Below the pieces are notes generated by a model that was not told the DNA's origin, did not search any database, and saw only the letters and a list, made by a program, of their open reading frames with translations. From a virus (taxonomy: Duplodnaviria; Caudoviricetes), in IMG/VR virus record IMGVR_UViG_3300048850_000082, positions 1 to 50,572 of that record: a stretch of DNA of 50,572 nucleotides; one strand, given 5' to 3'. Position numbers and translations under genes: made by a program. Each line of letters begins with the position of its first letter. The stretch's first letter is position 1. Of the stretch, positions 35,389-44,463 are shown one piece after another.

Positions 35389-36393
35389 TCAGGAAGTGCG
35401 ACCGACCTTACTCCGCTCTGCTCGAAGGCGTCGGACGTCGGCCCAAAGGTACACCGGCACGTCGCGGCTGTCGTGCCGATTTACTACCAGCGGCCCGTCG
35501 GGCCCACCACGTCGGTACCCGCGGGGCTTGAGCTTCCCGCACTGGCGCCAATGCCGAAGCGTCCGTTCGGGAATGCGGTACTCGTCGGGCAAGATCTTGT
35601 TCAGCTCGAGGATCTTCTCGACGGTGAGCTTCTTGCGTTCGAGGTCGTTGATCAGGAGCAGCTGTAGGCGGGCGACGTTGTGGGTCTGCCGACAGGCCTT
35701 GCATGTCACCTCGATCGCGTCCTCCCGCGCGCGTAACTCGTTGCCGCACACCGTGCGCGTCGTCTCGTCCCACGTCGGGCACGCTCCGAGGAAGCGCCAT
35801 GGCACGGGCCGGTTGACCACCTTCTCGATGGCGATCTTCTGAGATTCGATGTCGGCGAAGCACTCCCCCGCGGTCTCGTCGCCCGCGATGGCGTGCACGT
35901 GGTGGGCGAGCATCAGCGCCATGGTGCCGGCCGACGACACGTCGGGTACGTCGGCCCCGTGGGTCTCGCACAGGTGCCGGATCCAGGTGCTGAGCGAGTT
36001 GCGCACGACGTCCTGGCGCTCGCTGGCGCGGGCATTGACCCGGCCGGCGGCGAGGAACTGCCGACGCAGCGCGTCCTGCTGCGTGACCGGCTCGTAGTCG
36101 TCGCACGTGCACGGCTCAGCGAGTTCATCGATCCATGCGCGGCAGGCCCCGACCTCGTGCTCGGGATGGCCGCAAGCCTTGCAGCGCGCGATCGCCTGGT
36201 CCTCGCCCTTGAACGGCTCGCGTCGTGATCCACCGCGGCCCCCGCCTCCGAGACGCACTTGTCCGACGGCGGCCTCGGCGAGGCGGTCGATCCACCACGG
36301 CAGGTCGAGCAGCATGCGGCGCAGGTCGTCGATGTGCCTTGAGCACAGGTACAGGTCGCTGGTCGCGCCGCATGCCTGGCACCTGGTCGTCAC
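35389..36393 (-). CDS. Zinc-finger plus C-terminal HTH-like protein, candidate late regulator
   Basis: Several CxxC pairs; C-terminal IPERTLRHW..G.L; last gene of the early operon. Confidence 0.75.
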   Translation of the reverse strand: MTTRCQACGATSDLYLCSRHIDDLRRMLLDLPWWIDRLAEAAVGQVRLGGGGRGGSRREPFKGEDQAIARCKACGHPEHEVGACRAWIDELAEPCTCDDYEPVTQQDALRRQFLAAGRVNARASERQDVVRNSLSTWIRHLCETHGADVPDVSSAGTMALMLAHHVHAIAGDETAGECFADIESQKIAIEKVVNRPVPWRFLGACPTWDETTRTVCGNELRAREDAIEVTCKACRQTHNVARLQLLLINDLERKKLTVEKILELNKILPDEYRIPERTLRHWRQCGKLKPRGYRRGGPDGPLVVNRHDSRDVPVYLWADVRRLRAERSKVGRTS

Positions 36394-36557
36394 TGGCCAC
36401 TCCTCATGTCGACGAACTTCCGGCGCAGCCGTGCGTGGATGCCGGTGACGTATTCGGCGCGCGTCCAGCCCATGGCGGCCAGCACGGTGTCGGGGTGCTT
36501 TCCCGCTGCCTTCTCGGCGATCTCGCGCAGCTCGGCGTCAATGAGTTCGGGGATCAC
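36390..36557 (-). CDS. Small hypothetical protein (55 aa)
   Basis: GAGGTGGTGA SD-like sequence; GTGA overlap downstream. Confidence 0.55.
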   Translation of the reverse strand: MIPELIDAELREIAEKAAGKHPDTVLAAMGWTRAEYVTGIHARLRRKFVDMRSGQ

Positions 36558-36561
36558 GCGA

Positions 36562-37122
36562 TCACCACCTCGGCCACGCGACCGCGTCGAGGTTGTTGAG
36601 CCGCCAGTCGGGCACGACGATCGGCAGCGTGTCACCCAGGTGCACGGCGCCCATGGCGGCGAGCACGAGCGCATCTGCTCGGTCGTCGTTGGTGAGGTGC
36701 CGCGTCACCCAGTCGGGCCACTCGGCCTTGATCGCGGCGAACACGTCGCGCTTGGACTTCGACTCGCCCTTGCCCGTGGCCCAGGTGGCGCGGGTCTGGT
36801 TGTGCACGACGGCAATCGGCAGGCGCGCGACGTCGAGTTGGTCGACGAGGCCGCACAGGAACAGCGCGTACCGGTCGAATGCGCTGCCGGTGTTCGGCCC
36901 GTGCAGCAGCGGACCCTCGATGACGACGAGGTCGGGCTCGCGGGCGATCACGATGCGCGCGACGGCGCGGCCTTGGCTGCGGACGCGGCGGGCCCGGTCG
37001 ACCCACGATGCGCCGTCGCGGCCCGGGTGTCCGAGCGAGGTGATCATCACGGGGTCGCCGTCGCGGATGGCCACGATGCCGGCCGAGGTGAGGCTGGGGT
37101 CGACGCCCACGACGGTGCTCAT
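36562..37122 (-). CDS. RuvC-like Holliday junction resolvase
   Basis: VVGVDPSLTSAG, VVIEG, ATGKG..K, DDRADAL. Confidence 0.9.
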   Translation of the reverse strand: MSTVVGVDPSLTSAGIVAIRDGDPVMITSLGHPGRDGASWVDRARRVRSQGRAVARIVIAREPDLVVIEGPLLHGPNTGSAFDRYALFLCGLVDQLDVARLPIAVVHNQTRATWATGKGESKSKRDVFAAIKAEWPDWVTRHLTNDDRADALVLAAMGAVHLGDTLPIVVPDWRLNNLDAVAWPRW

Positions 37123-37337
37123 CGGTTGCCCCGCTTCGCCAGTGCTTCCCGCACCTTGGCCATGCCGGCGCTCGCCGCGGCGGCGTGGTCGACGTGATCG
37201 CAGACCAGGTGCCCGCGGTACCCGTCGTCGTCGCAGATGCCGCAGGCCGCGATCGCTTCGGGGTTCGCCCAATCGAGCGAGTCCTCGTCGAGCACGACGA
37301 ACCCGTTGGCGTCGAGACGCGGTGCTTGGTCAGACAT
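37119..37337 (-). CDS. Small zinc-binding protein
   Basis: CGICDDDG..CDH, which echoes the initiator C-terminus CPLCDDEG..CTH. Confidence 0.7.
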   Translation of the reverse strand: MSDQAPRLDANGFVVLDEDSLDWANPEAIAACGICDDDGYRGHLVCDHVDHAAAASAGMAKVREALAKRGNR

Positions 37338-38310
37338 TGACCACCGCCGGGTGCGTGCACGGCCGCGCCGGATCCGCGACGGTGCCGTCGGCGTCGAGCG
37401 CCCAGCCCTCGTCGTCGCACAGCGGGCACTCGCGTTGGCGCCGCGCCTTGGCCTTGATCGTCTCGCGGTTGCGCTCGGCCTGGGCGTCGGTCCACGCCTT
37501 GAGGGCGATGCGGTCGGCTTCGCATGCCCGGCACGCCTTCAGCGAGTTGCCGTTCGGATGCTGGGTGCAGGTTCTGGGGGGTGGTCCGGCGTCCGGCTGC
37601 CCTGGTGAGGTACCCGACTTAGGTAACCCCCCATGGAGAATGGAGCAGGAGGTAGGAGCAGGAGCAGGAGTAGGGCCGGGGTTGGCAGGGGGGTTAACCC
37701 CAACCCCCCCGTTAAGGGTTGAGCCAGGGGTTAGCCCATGGGTTGGCGGCGGGGTTGGCCCATGGGTTGGGCTAAGGGTTGGGTCGGGGGTTAGGTGCCG
37801 GGTTACGGCCGGGGTGAACGGCTCCAGTTCGGCCGGATCGATCGGCTTCGCGGTCAGCAGCTTCTCGACCGATTCCCGCTTCCATCCCGCGTGATTCGGC
37901 TCCCTGGCGGCGAGCTTCCTGACCTCGTGGATGACGACGCCGCGCAGTGTTCGCGAGGCCAGATCGACGCGGGCGTTGGCCATCGAGACGGCCATGTTGG
38001 GGCTCTTGTAGAGACCGTCGTGCTTGATCCAGGAGCGGATCAGGTACTCCTCGGTCTCGGTGTCGATGATGAGGAACAGCTCGGCCGACAGCTCTGCTGC
38101 GGCATCCTCGACGGCGGCCACGGTCCACCCCCTGGCGCGGCTGGCGAGCTTCCCGGGCCGCCACTCGCCGGCGCCGCAGTACGACAGACCAGCGCTCGTC
38201 CACAGCACGAAGTACAGGTGCTGGGCGGCCGGCGTCAGGTCGAGGAAGTCGTCGTCGCTCCAGATGTCGAGATTGATCTGCGAGTGGTCTTTCCCCGTGG
38301 CACGTGGCAT
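37330..38310 (-). CDS. Phage replication initiator (lambda O / RepA-like)
   Basis: IWSDDDFLDL..AQHLY..L N-terminal domain, Pro/Thr linker encoded by periodic repeats, C-terminal Cys motifs. Confidence 0.78.
   Translation of the reverse strand: MPRATGKDHSQINLDIWSDDDFLDLTPAAQHLYFVLWTSAGLSYCGAGEWRPGKLASRARGWTVAAVEDAAAELSAELFLIIDTETEEYLIRSWIKHDGLYKSPNMAVSMANARVDLASRTLRGVVIHEVRKLAAREPNHAGWKRESVEKLLTAKPIDPAELEPFTPAVTRHLTPDPTLSPTHGPTPPPTHGLTPGSTLNGGVGVNPPANPGPTPAPAPTSCSILHGGLPKSGTSPGQPDAGPPPRTCTQHPNGNSLKACRACEADRIALKAWTDAQAERNRETIKAKARRQRECPLCDDEGWALDADGTVADPARPCTHPAVVNV
37679..37816. repeat. 12-bp-period iteron-like array, candidate origin
   Basis: GGGTT at 37716, 37728, 37740, 37752, 37764, 37776, 37788 and 37800, plus 37679, 37691 and inverted copies. 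Confidence 0.8.
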
Positions 38311-38477
38311 CAGGCCGTCGCCTCCTGGTTGTCGTTTCTCTTCGCATGGCACCCGTCGCACCGCGGGCGGCCTGCGGAATGAGTTCGGCCGCACAGTTCG
38401 ACGCACTCTCCGCGGCGGTACGCGCTGTTGCCAGCGAGGCTTGTCGGCCGGGCGCCGCTGGCTATTCGGGTGGTCAT
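38310..38477 (-). CDS. Small Cys-containing protein (55 aa)
   Basis: MTTRIASG...CVELC...CDGC; coupled at both ends. Confidence 0.6.
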   Translation of the reverse strand: MTTRIASGARPTSLAGNSAYRRGECVELCGRTHSAGRPRCDGCHAKRNDNQEATA

Positions 38478-38758
38478 GCCACGACACGCAGCGGCGCGGG
38501 AACATCAGCCGGGGCACCGCCTTCGCGCCCGAGCCACGCCATATCGGCGTCGTCGACGCGTGGGCACTCGCAGGGATAGCGGTCGCAGTCGCCGCAGCAG
38601 ACGGTGACGGCCCCGACCTTGACGCCGGTGCACCGCGTACAGCGGCCGCGGCGGTACGGCTCCCGACCCCACTGACCGCACGCATTGCACAGAACGCGTG
38701 TGCCGCAGGCGCCCTCGAGGTCTGCAATCGCGGCCTCGACCGCCGCAACAGCGGTCAT
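38474..38758 (-). CDS. Cys-rich protein (94 aa)
   Basis: CNAC, CTRC, CCGDC, CEC; ATGA overlaps. Confidence 0.65.
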   Translation of the reverse strand: MTAVAAVEAAIADLEGACGTRVLCNACGQWGREPYRRGRCTRCTGVKVGAVTVCCGDCDRYPCECPRVDDADMAWLGREGGAPADVPAPLRVVA

Positions 38759-38892
38759 GCGACGTCGTCCAACTCGTACACCGGGCACGGGCACCGGTGG
38801 CGTCCGAACTCGTCGTCGTCGACGACGGCGCAGCAGGGCCCGCGGGTGCTGTCGTGCGAGGCGGGGCTGTGTCCGCAGGCACAGGAGTGCAT
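38755..38892 (-). CDS. Cys/His microprotein (45 aa)
   Basis: MHSCACGH..H...CC...CPC; coupled at both ends. Confidence 0.6.
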   Translation of the reverse strand: MHSCACGHSPASHDSTRGPCCAVVDDDEFGRHRCPCPVYELDDVA

Positions 38893-39155
38893 CAGCGCAC
38901 CGCCATCCGGAGAGGCCGATTGCTCTGCCCGGGCTCACGGAGGAAGACGTTCGACCGCCCGCCGAACGCCAGCTCGATCGCCCGCTCGGCGTCGGCCTTG
39001 TTCGTCCACCGCTCGGTCGATTTGAACAGCGGCTCGTAGTTGTCGCCTGAGATGATGATGGCGTCCCATGGCTGCCAGCGCGGGCCGTCGTAGCCGTCGG
39101 GCTTCTGGGTGAAGCGGAGGTCCACGTAGACGACGTCAGGATCGGGCGCGCTCAT
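38892..39155 (-). CDS. Hypothetical protein, weakly YegP/DUF1508-like
   Basis: N.E.L..STE.WTNKADAERAI pattern. Confidence 0.65.
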   Translation of the reverse strand: MSAPDPDVVYVDLRFTQKPDGYDGPRWQPWDAIIISGDNYEPLFKSTERWTNKADAERAIELAFGGRSNVFLREPGQSNRPLRMAVR

Positions 39156-39403
39156 GCGGCACCACGCAGCGCGTCGATGCGGTCGGGCCGGTAGCCGTCC
39201 CAGGCCTGCTCTTTGCCGTCGACGTTCGCGCACACGACGGGCGCGCTGGTGAAGCCCATCTCATCGAAGGCTGCATAAAGCTGGCTGTCGTCACCGATGG
39301 GCTGCTCGGTGAATTCGATGCCCCGCTTGCCCAGGTGGCGCTTCGTCTGCGTGCACGCCATGCACGACGGGCCGGTCGTGTAGACAGTGACGACGGCGCT
39401 CAC
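39152..39403 (-). CDS. nrdH: NrdH-like glutaredoxin
   Basis: VTVYT..CMAC..TK..L, APVV, W.GYRPDRI. Confidence 0.92.
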   Translation of the reverse strand: MSAVVTVYTTGPSCMACTQTKRHLGKRGIEFTEQPIGDDSQLYAAFDEMGFTSAPVVCANVDGKEQAWDGYRPDRIDALRGAA

Positions 39404-39795
39404 TTCGACGCCTCGGCGTACTCGGGGTGCTGGCCGGCCATGTGGCGACCGAGATCAGCGAATGACCTATTGCAGCAGGGGCACACGCCGTTGGCGACGC
39501 GCTTCTTGGTCTTGGTCAGCACGCCCTTTGTCGCGGTCAGCGAGGCCCGCGTCGAGCGCAAGTCCTCATCGGTGTTCGCGAGCTGGCGTTCGAGGCGTTC
39601 GGCTTGCGCCTTCAGTCGATCACGTTCCTTCTCGATGGCCGACTTGCCGTAGTAGCCCTGCTGATGGCCGTTCGGGCAGTAGAACGACTTCTTGTCCTCG
39701 CGGCGTGCCCGCTCGAACCCGGCGGCGAACCCGAACGTCACTCCGCAGTTGCAGCACTGGACGACGGTCATCGTCTCGGTGTAGGTGATGCTCAC
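39400..39795 (-). CDS. Zinc ribbon, coiled coil and C2H2-like finger protein
   Basis: CCNCG..YCPNGH, heptad region, CPCCNRSF..L.RHM...H. Confidence 0.8.
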   Translation of the reverse strand: MSITYTETMTVVQCCNCGVTFGFAAGFERARREDKKSFYCPNGHQQGYYGKSAIEKERDRLKAQAERLERQLANTDEDLRSTRASLTATKGVLTKTKKRVANGVCPCCNRSFADLGRHMAGQHPEYAEASK

Positions 39796-40211
39796 TTGCC
39801 GCCCTCCCCGTGTGAGAAGTTGGGCCGCGCAACGTTGTCCATCGCGTCGGCGAGCACCTCGGGCTCGTCGTCGGTCGGCGTGATGCCGTCGTCGGCCAGG
39901 AGTGCGGGCTGCTCTTCGTCCGTGTTGGGCGGTTCGGGGTCTCCCTTGAGCCAGGCCGCGATGATCTTGCAGCCGCGGAAGTGGACGAGTTCGCCGTCCT
40001 CCTCGCCGCCGAGGTCCTTCGCCTCGCGCTTGACCTTGAGGCGCATCGTGACCGTGATGGTGTCGCCGGCCGCGGGCGGGTCGTCCATCATCATCAGGAC
40101 GTTGGCGCCCAGGCGGATCTCGGCCGGGATGGGCCCGAGGAGGTCGCGGGGGATCTCCGACAACGCGTCGGTCTTCTTGATGTCGCGCGGCATAACGGTG
40201 TTCAGCGCCAT
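39792..40211 (-). CDS. Hypothetical acidic protein
   Basis: GAGAGGA SD; codon usage like neighbours. Confidence 0.75.
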   Translation of the reverse strand: MALNTVMPRDIKKTDALSEIPRDLLGPIPAEIRLGANVLMMMDDPPAAGDTITVTMRLKVKREAKDLGGEEDGELVHFRGCKIIAAWLKGDPEPPNTDEEQPALLADDGITPTDDEPEVLADAMDNVARPNFSHGEGGK

Positions 40212-40228
40212 GGTTCAGTTCCTCTCGG

Positions 40229-41170
40229 TCAGTTCTCGTTGAAGATGTCGATAAGCTTCTGCGCCTGCTCGGCGGTGAGCTTCTCGTCGGCCTCGACGCG
40301 TTCGCCGACCGCGCTTTCGATGAAGTCGAACCACGCCGCGTCGTCGTCGAGCTTCTCGGCCGCGCGGACCTGCTTGAGCTTGGCGAGATCACTGGTGCTG
40401 GCGTAGACCACGTCGGCCGGCGCCTCGACCGCGGCCTGGTCCGATTCAACGCTGCCCTCGATGTAGTCCGGCGTGACGTCGACCAGGTCCGAACCGACGT
40501 TGGTGCGCACCGCGCCGTCGTGCACCACCGCGGCGCTGAACTCCGAGGACAGCGGCAGCCACTTCGAGAGCTGCTTGACTGCCGTCTTCTTGGCCATCGC
40601 CTCCCAGTCGGTGACCCACGGGCCGTTGTTCTTCGCCATCGAGCGGCCGCGGATCTTCTCGACCTGGTCGACGGTCATGACGACGAACGGCGTGCCGCCG
40701 TCACGGAGCTGGGCCGCGGCGTAGACGTGCGTCGGCCTGCCACGGTCACCGGGTGCGGGTTGGTGGGTGAGGTCGCGGTGCAGGCCGAGCGACCACGCGA
40801 AGTCGTCGTGCTCGTAGGCGATCTCGGCCCACAGGTCGATCACCTGACCGGAGTTGCGGGCCAGCTTCACCAGGCCGCGGTAGCCGGGGATGAAGGTGAC
40901 GGTGTTCTTGTAGGGCACGAAGTACGCCTCGCCGAGCGGGCCGGGCTCGAGGCCGAGCTGGCTGGCCGTCATCAGTGCGCCGAGGAACGACTCGGGCGTG
41001 CACCGCGCGAGCGCCGGCGTCTGCCGCAGCACCGTGGTGGCGATGCGCGCCATCCGGTCTGGTGACATGTGCTTGGGCAGCGCCCGGGCGATCTCGGGTT
41101 TCATGTCGTTGATGAGCGTGGCGAGCGTCTTCGGGCGGTCCTGCTGCTGGGCGACTTCGGTTGTGGTCAT
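40229..41170 (-). CDS. recT: RecT-like ssDNA annealing protein
   Basis: ALPKHM, LGLEP..GEAYFVPY, FIPGYRG, GPWVTDWEAMAKKT. Confidence 0.95.
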   Translation of the reverse strand: MTTTEVAQQQDRPKTLATLINDMKPEIARALPKHMSPDRMARIATTVLRQTPALARCTPESFLGALMTASQLGLEPGPLGEAYFVPYKNTVTFIPGYRGLVKLARNSGQVIDLWAEIAYEHDDFAWSLGLHRDLTHQPAPGDRGRPTHVYAAAQLRDGGTPFVVMTVDQVEKIRGRSMAKNNGPWVTDWEAMAKKTAVKQLSKWLPLSSEFSAAVVHDGAVRTNVGSDLVDVTPDYIEGSVESDQAAVEAPADVVYASTSDLAKLKQVRAAEKLDDDAAWFDFIESAVGERVEADEKLTAEQAQKLIDIFNEN

Positions 41171-42069
41171 GCTGAGATCCCTTCGAGTTCGGTGATGAGC
41201 GCTTCGGCGGCGGCCTTCACGCCGTCGTAGGCGGCCCAGCGGGGCAGGCTGATCGACACGACGGTGTCGTCGGCGTAGCCGGGCCAGATGCCTGAGTCGC
41301 GGCACTGCACGTAGGTGGCGATGGCCATGCGCATGAGCCGTCGTCCTTCGGCGATCGCCTCGTCGTCGTACTGGATGACCGTCACGATGTGTGGCGGTTC
41401 CTTCTCGACGACGACGAACCGGAACGCCGGCGCGTCGGAGAGGCCGATCGCGGTGACGAGGTCCAGGTAGTGCGCGGCCTGCATGAAGTAGCCGAACTGC
41501 CAGAACTTGCGCTCCAGCTCGGCGGGGTTGGCCGTCGTCGACGTCTTCAGGTCGACGACCGTCAGCACTTCGCGGTCGCCGCGTTGTACCAGCGTCAGCC
41601 AGTCGGTCCGGCCGCGTAGCCGTACCCCCGTGCCGGGATCGGTGTGGTAGAGCGACTTTTCGGCATAGCCGCGCTCGAACAGCGGGCCGGCCACCGAGTG
41701 CGAGCGCACCGCGGCCGCCATGGCTTCGGCCTTCTCGAACTCCGCGGCGAGGATCGGTGTCTTGCCTTCGGCGTGCGCGGCGTCGCGCGCCTCACGCGCA
41801 TCCTTGGTCCGCCAGTCGGTAGCGTCGACCACGACGACCTCCGCGCCCTCCTTGAGGATGAGCTTGTGCGCCACGTGGCCGAAGTCGTACTCACGCTTGG
41901 GCTTCGGCGGGTTGTCCATCCGTTCACGGAACTTCGCCGGGCACGACGGCGGCAGCAGCAGCTTCGCCCCGGACACCGACAGCGACCCGCGATCGGCGTG
42001 GTACGCGGCCTCGTCGACCTGGCCGGTCATGCCGTCTTGGACCGGTATGCCGTCGATCAGTGTTGCCAT
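41167..42069 (-). CDS. recE: RecE-like PD-(D/E)xK exonuclease
   Basis: YH...LS.SG, FGHVAH, RGRTD, VDLKT, GYFMQAAHY, FVVVEKEPP; adjacent to recT. Confidence 0.9.
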   Translation of the reverse strand: MATLIDGIPVQDGMTGQVDEAAYHADRGSLSVSGAKLLLPPSCPAKFRERMDNPPKPKREYDFGHVAHKLILKEGAEVVVVDATDWRTKDAREARDAAHAEGKTPILAAEFEKAEAMAAAVRSHSVAGPLFERGYAEKSLYHTDPGTGVRLRGRTDWLTLVQRGDREVLTVVDLKTSTTANPAELERKFWQFGYFMQAAHYLDLVTAIGLSDAPAFRFVVVEKEPPHIVTVIQYDDEAIAEGRRLMRMAIATYVQCRDSGIWPGYADDTVVSISLPRWAAYDGVKAAAEALITELEGISA

Positions 42070-42212
42070 GCTGCTCCCCCGTACCTGTCGTCGTACTTGT
42101 CTCCTACGACCCCCAGCGCGGCCCGGTGCGAGTCGGCGTTGCGCTCGCGGTCGGCCTCGCTCATCGTGGTCACGTCGCGCCACCACTCGTCGCGCTCCCA
42201 GTCGTTGATCAC
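42057..42212 (-). CDS. Small hypothetical protein (51 aa)
   Basis: VINDWERDEWW...; GTGA overlap and AGGAG SD. Confidence 0.55.
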   Translation of the reverse strand: MINDWERDEWWRDVTTMSEADRERNADSHRAALGVVGDKYDDRYGGAAWQH

Positions 42213-42376
42213 TGGTCACTCCTGACTTGCACGAATCCCACGCAGCCCCACGCGATGGCTGCGACGGTGGCGACCAGGCCGGTGAGACCCATGGCGGTCT
42301 GCCACTCCAGTGCGGCGAAGAACACCGCGAGAAGTGCTGAGGCGCAGATGATGAAGAAGAGCAGGCGGCGGATCAT
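42209..42376 (-). CDS. Small 2-TM membrane protein (55 aa)
   Basis: MIRRLLFFIICASALLAVFF...; GGAGGG SD, ATGA overlap. Confidence 0.65.
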   Translation of the reverse strand: MIRRLLFFIICASALLAVFFAALEWQTAMGLTGLVATVAAIAWGCVGFVQVRSDQ

Positions 42377-42768
42377 GCCGCACCCTCCATCCGGCGCTTC
42401 CGCCGCAGATAGCGGTCGTGCTCCTTGTCCCGTATGCGTGGCGATCGCTCCCGGTACTCGCGCACTGAGAACATGTGTGCCACCAGGCAATTGCCGCAGG
42501 CGGGCGTGCCGTCCTTGAGGTGCTGCTTGTAGCCCTGCTCGGTGCCGTGCTCGCGCAGGTAGTCGGCGACGTCGTTGCCCGCGTTCTTCGACATGTGCAC
42601 CTCACCGCCCCAGACGCCGCGGTAGGCGTCGGGCCATGCGGTGCGGCACTTCTCGGCCACGGGGCACATGCCGCAGACGCGCTGCGCCTCAGCTCGCCGC
42701 CTGGCGTCGAACCACACCTCGGGGTCGGCGCCGACGCAGAGTGCGCGGTCCATCCACTCGGCGGTCAT
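42373..42768 (-). CDS. whiB: WhiB-family transcription factor with C-terminal extension
   Basis: W...ALC...DPEVWF, VCGMCPV..C, GVWGG; extra HGT..GY..H...C..C domain. Confidence 0.9.
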   Translation of the reverse strand: MTAEWMDRALCVGADPEVWFDARRRAEAQRVCGMCPVAEKCRTAWPDAYRGVWGGEVHMSKNAGNDVADYLREHGTEQGYKQHLKDGTPACGNCLVAHMFSVREYRERSPRIRDKEHDRYLRRKRRMEGAA

Positions 42769-43148
42769 CGCTCACCGCCCTGCTCGTCGATCCACGAGAC
42801 CACCTGGTCGGCGAACTCGGTGGCCGCGTCCCCGGACGTGAACGGGGTGCAGAGCTGCTCGACGACGACGCCGCCCCAGAGCGTGACGCCCACCTTCTCG
42901 GCCATCTGGCGCAGTTCCTTGAGCTTCGCCTCGGCCTGGTCGCGGGTGTCGTAGATCTCGGGACCGTGGGCCGGGGGCTTCTCCTGCGCGGTGGGGCCGC
43001 TGCCCATGAACATCGCGTACAGGTCGCGCATCGGGCTGGCCATGCTGTAGTCGTCGGCCACGTTGACCGCCGGGGTCGGCTTCGGTTGGTACAGAGCGCC
43101 GTTCGGCATGCAGATGGCGAAGCGCCGGCTGAATCCGTCTGCGCTCAT
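42765..43148 (-). CDS. Hypothetical protein
   Basis: ATGA coupling; protein-like composition. Confidence 0.7.
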   Translation of the reverse strand: MSADGFSRRFAICMPNGALYQPKPTPAVNVADDYSMASPMRDLYAMFMGSGPTAQEKPPAHGPEIYDTRDQAEAKLKELRQMAEKVGVTLWGGVVVEQLCTPFTSGDAATEFADQVVSWIDEQGGER

Positions 43149-43237
43149 CCGCGCACCGCCGCTGCGACGAAGGCCCCGACGCCGAACACTGCGACGACCG
43201 CGTAGATGGACAGCTCGATGAGGCTGGGGAGGCTCAT
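43145..43237 (-). CDS. Single-TM microprotein (30 aa)
   Basis: MSLPSLIELSIYAVVAVFGVGAFVAAVRG; ATGA overlaps at both ends. Confidence 0.6.
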   Translation of the reverse strand: MSLPSLIELSIYAVVAVFGVGAFVAAAVRG

Positions 43238-43530
43238 GCGACGAACCCCGGTGCTGGTGCGGGAGTGTTGTCGGCCCAGCGGTACTCGCAGAGTTCGAAG
43301 CCCATCCCCCACTGGCAGTGGTAGTGGCGGCCGACGCCATCGGGCTGGCTGTCACAGAACCCGCCCCATGGCGTGGAGACGCTCGGAACGCCGAAGCCAC
43401 ACGCGGGGTAAGCAGCGGCAGGCGGCGCGCACTGCGTGAGCCCCACGGCGGCGAGGACGGCGCCGACGGCGGTGGCCGCAAGTAGGCGACGCAACCTCCT
43501 GGGGCGCATCGGTATGATCAGGTTCGACAT
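43234..43530 (-). CDS. Small secreted Cys-containing protein
   Basis: Arg-rich n-region, hydrophobic core, PAAA cleavage site; GGFCD..PDG..HC..C. Confidence 0.75.
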   Translation of the reverse strand: MSNLIIPMRPRRLRRLLAATAVGAVLAAVGLTQCAPPAAAYPACGFGVPSVSTPWGGFCDSQPDGVGRHYHCQWGMGFELCEYRWADNTPAPAPGFVA

Positions 43531-43586
43531 CGGGTTTCCTATCTCTCGGTGTTTGCGGCCATCGCCCCTGCACGGGCGGTGGCCGC

Positions 43587-43979
43587 TTACTTGTTGCAGT
43601 GCTTGGTGGACTGCGGGAAGAACTCGCACGCCATGTCGAGGCGCGCCCCGAAGTCGACGCCGGATTCGAAGTTGGGTGACCCGGCGGGCTGGGGGGTGCC
43701 CGCCGGGTCGTCCACCGCGGCGGGGGGTTCCGCGGAAGTCGGGTGCCCGACGGAGGGAACCGGGCTTTGCTGTCCGGTGCTCACCCCCGCCGGGCGGTCC
43801 GCAGTCGCGCTGGCTGCGGGGGTCTGCATCGCACGCAACGTCTCGGGGTCGTCCAGGTCGGAGTCAGTGAGGAAGTCGCCCGCCTCGCGGTCCGAGAACC
43901 CGGTCGCCGCCTCGGCGATCGCGCGCTCGATGCTGCTACGGAAGCGACGCACGGCGTGCTCGACGGCGGCGACGATCAT
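43587..43979 (-). CDS. Hypothetical protein
   Basis: TGATG coupling; low-complexity middle. Confidence 0.55.
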   Translation of the reverse strand: MIVAAVEHAVRRFRSSIERAIAEAATGFSDREAGDFLTDSDLDDPETLRAMQTPAASATADRPAGVSTGQQSPVPSVGHPTSAEPPAAVDDPAGTPQPAGSPNFESGVDFGARLDMACEFFPQSTKHCNK

Positions 43980-44119
43980 CACTTCGCACCCCGCAGCGCC
44001 AGACGCTTCGCGTACTCGCGGCCCCGCGCGCACCGTTTGCACTTCGGGCGCTTGCACTGCTCGCCGCCACACATCTTGCGTTGTGCCAGCAGGGATCCGA
44101 GGCGTTGGTCGATGGTCAT
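43979..44119 (-). CDS. Small basic Cys-containing protein (46 aa)
   Basis: GGAGG SD; C....C....CKRC. Confidence 0.6.
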   Translation of the reverse strand: MTIDQRLGSLLAQRKMCGGEQCKRPKCKRCARGREYAKRLALRGAK

Positions 44120-44463
44120 CACGATGCGGCCTCCTCGGCGGCATTGGCGGCGGCAATGAGAGCGGCGGCGAACACGCGCGCACGTTCGGCAGACACGAAG
44201 TCGCCGTTGGGAAGCGAGACACCCTCCCTGTCGGGCCATGCCGACACTGGGTCTTCGAACGGGCGCTCGTTAACCCCAGATGGCCATGCGCCAAGGCAGT
44301 CCTCACGCCATCCGGTCGGGATGATCGTTTGCTCAGGCAGCTTCACGACCGCGTATCCGGCGGCCTTGAGGTCGACCAGCACCGCGTCCGCACAGACGCC
44401 GGACATCTGCTCGTTGCGCGTATAGAACTGCAGCGCATGCACGATCGCGTCGCGGGCGCTCAT
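44119..44463 (-). CDS. Hypothetical phage protein
   Basis: L.AAGYAVVKLP and AR.FAAALIAAA motifs; coupled to neighbours. Confidence 0.75.
   Translation of the reverse strand: MSARDAIVHALQFYTRNEQMSGVCADAVLVDLKAAGYAVVKLPEQTIIPTGWREDCLGAWPSGVNERPFEDPVSAWPDREGVSLPNGDFVSAERARVFAAALIAAANAAEEAAS

Noticed and set aside
37679-37816. CRISPR array or telomere-like repeat
   Set aside because: Core is 5 bp with a 12-bp period, there are no spacers or cas genes, and it lies in a rep gene; iterons fit better
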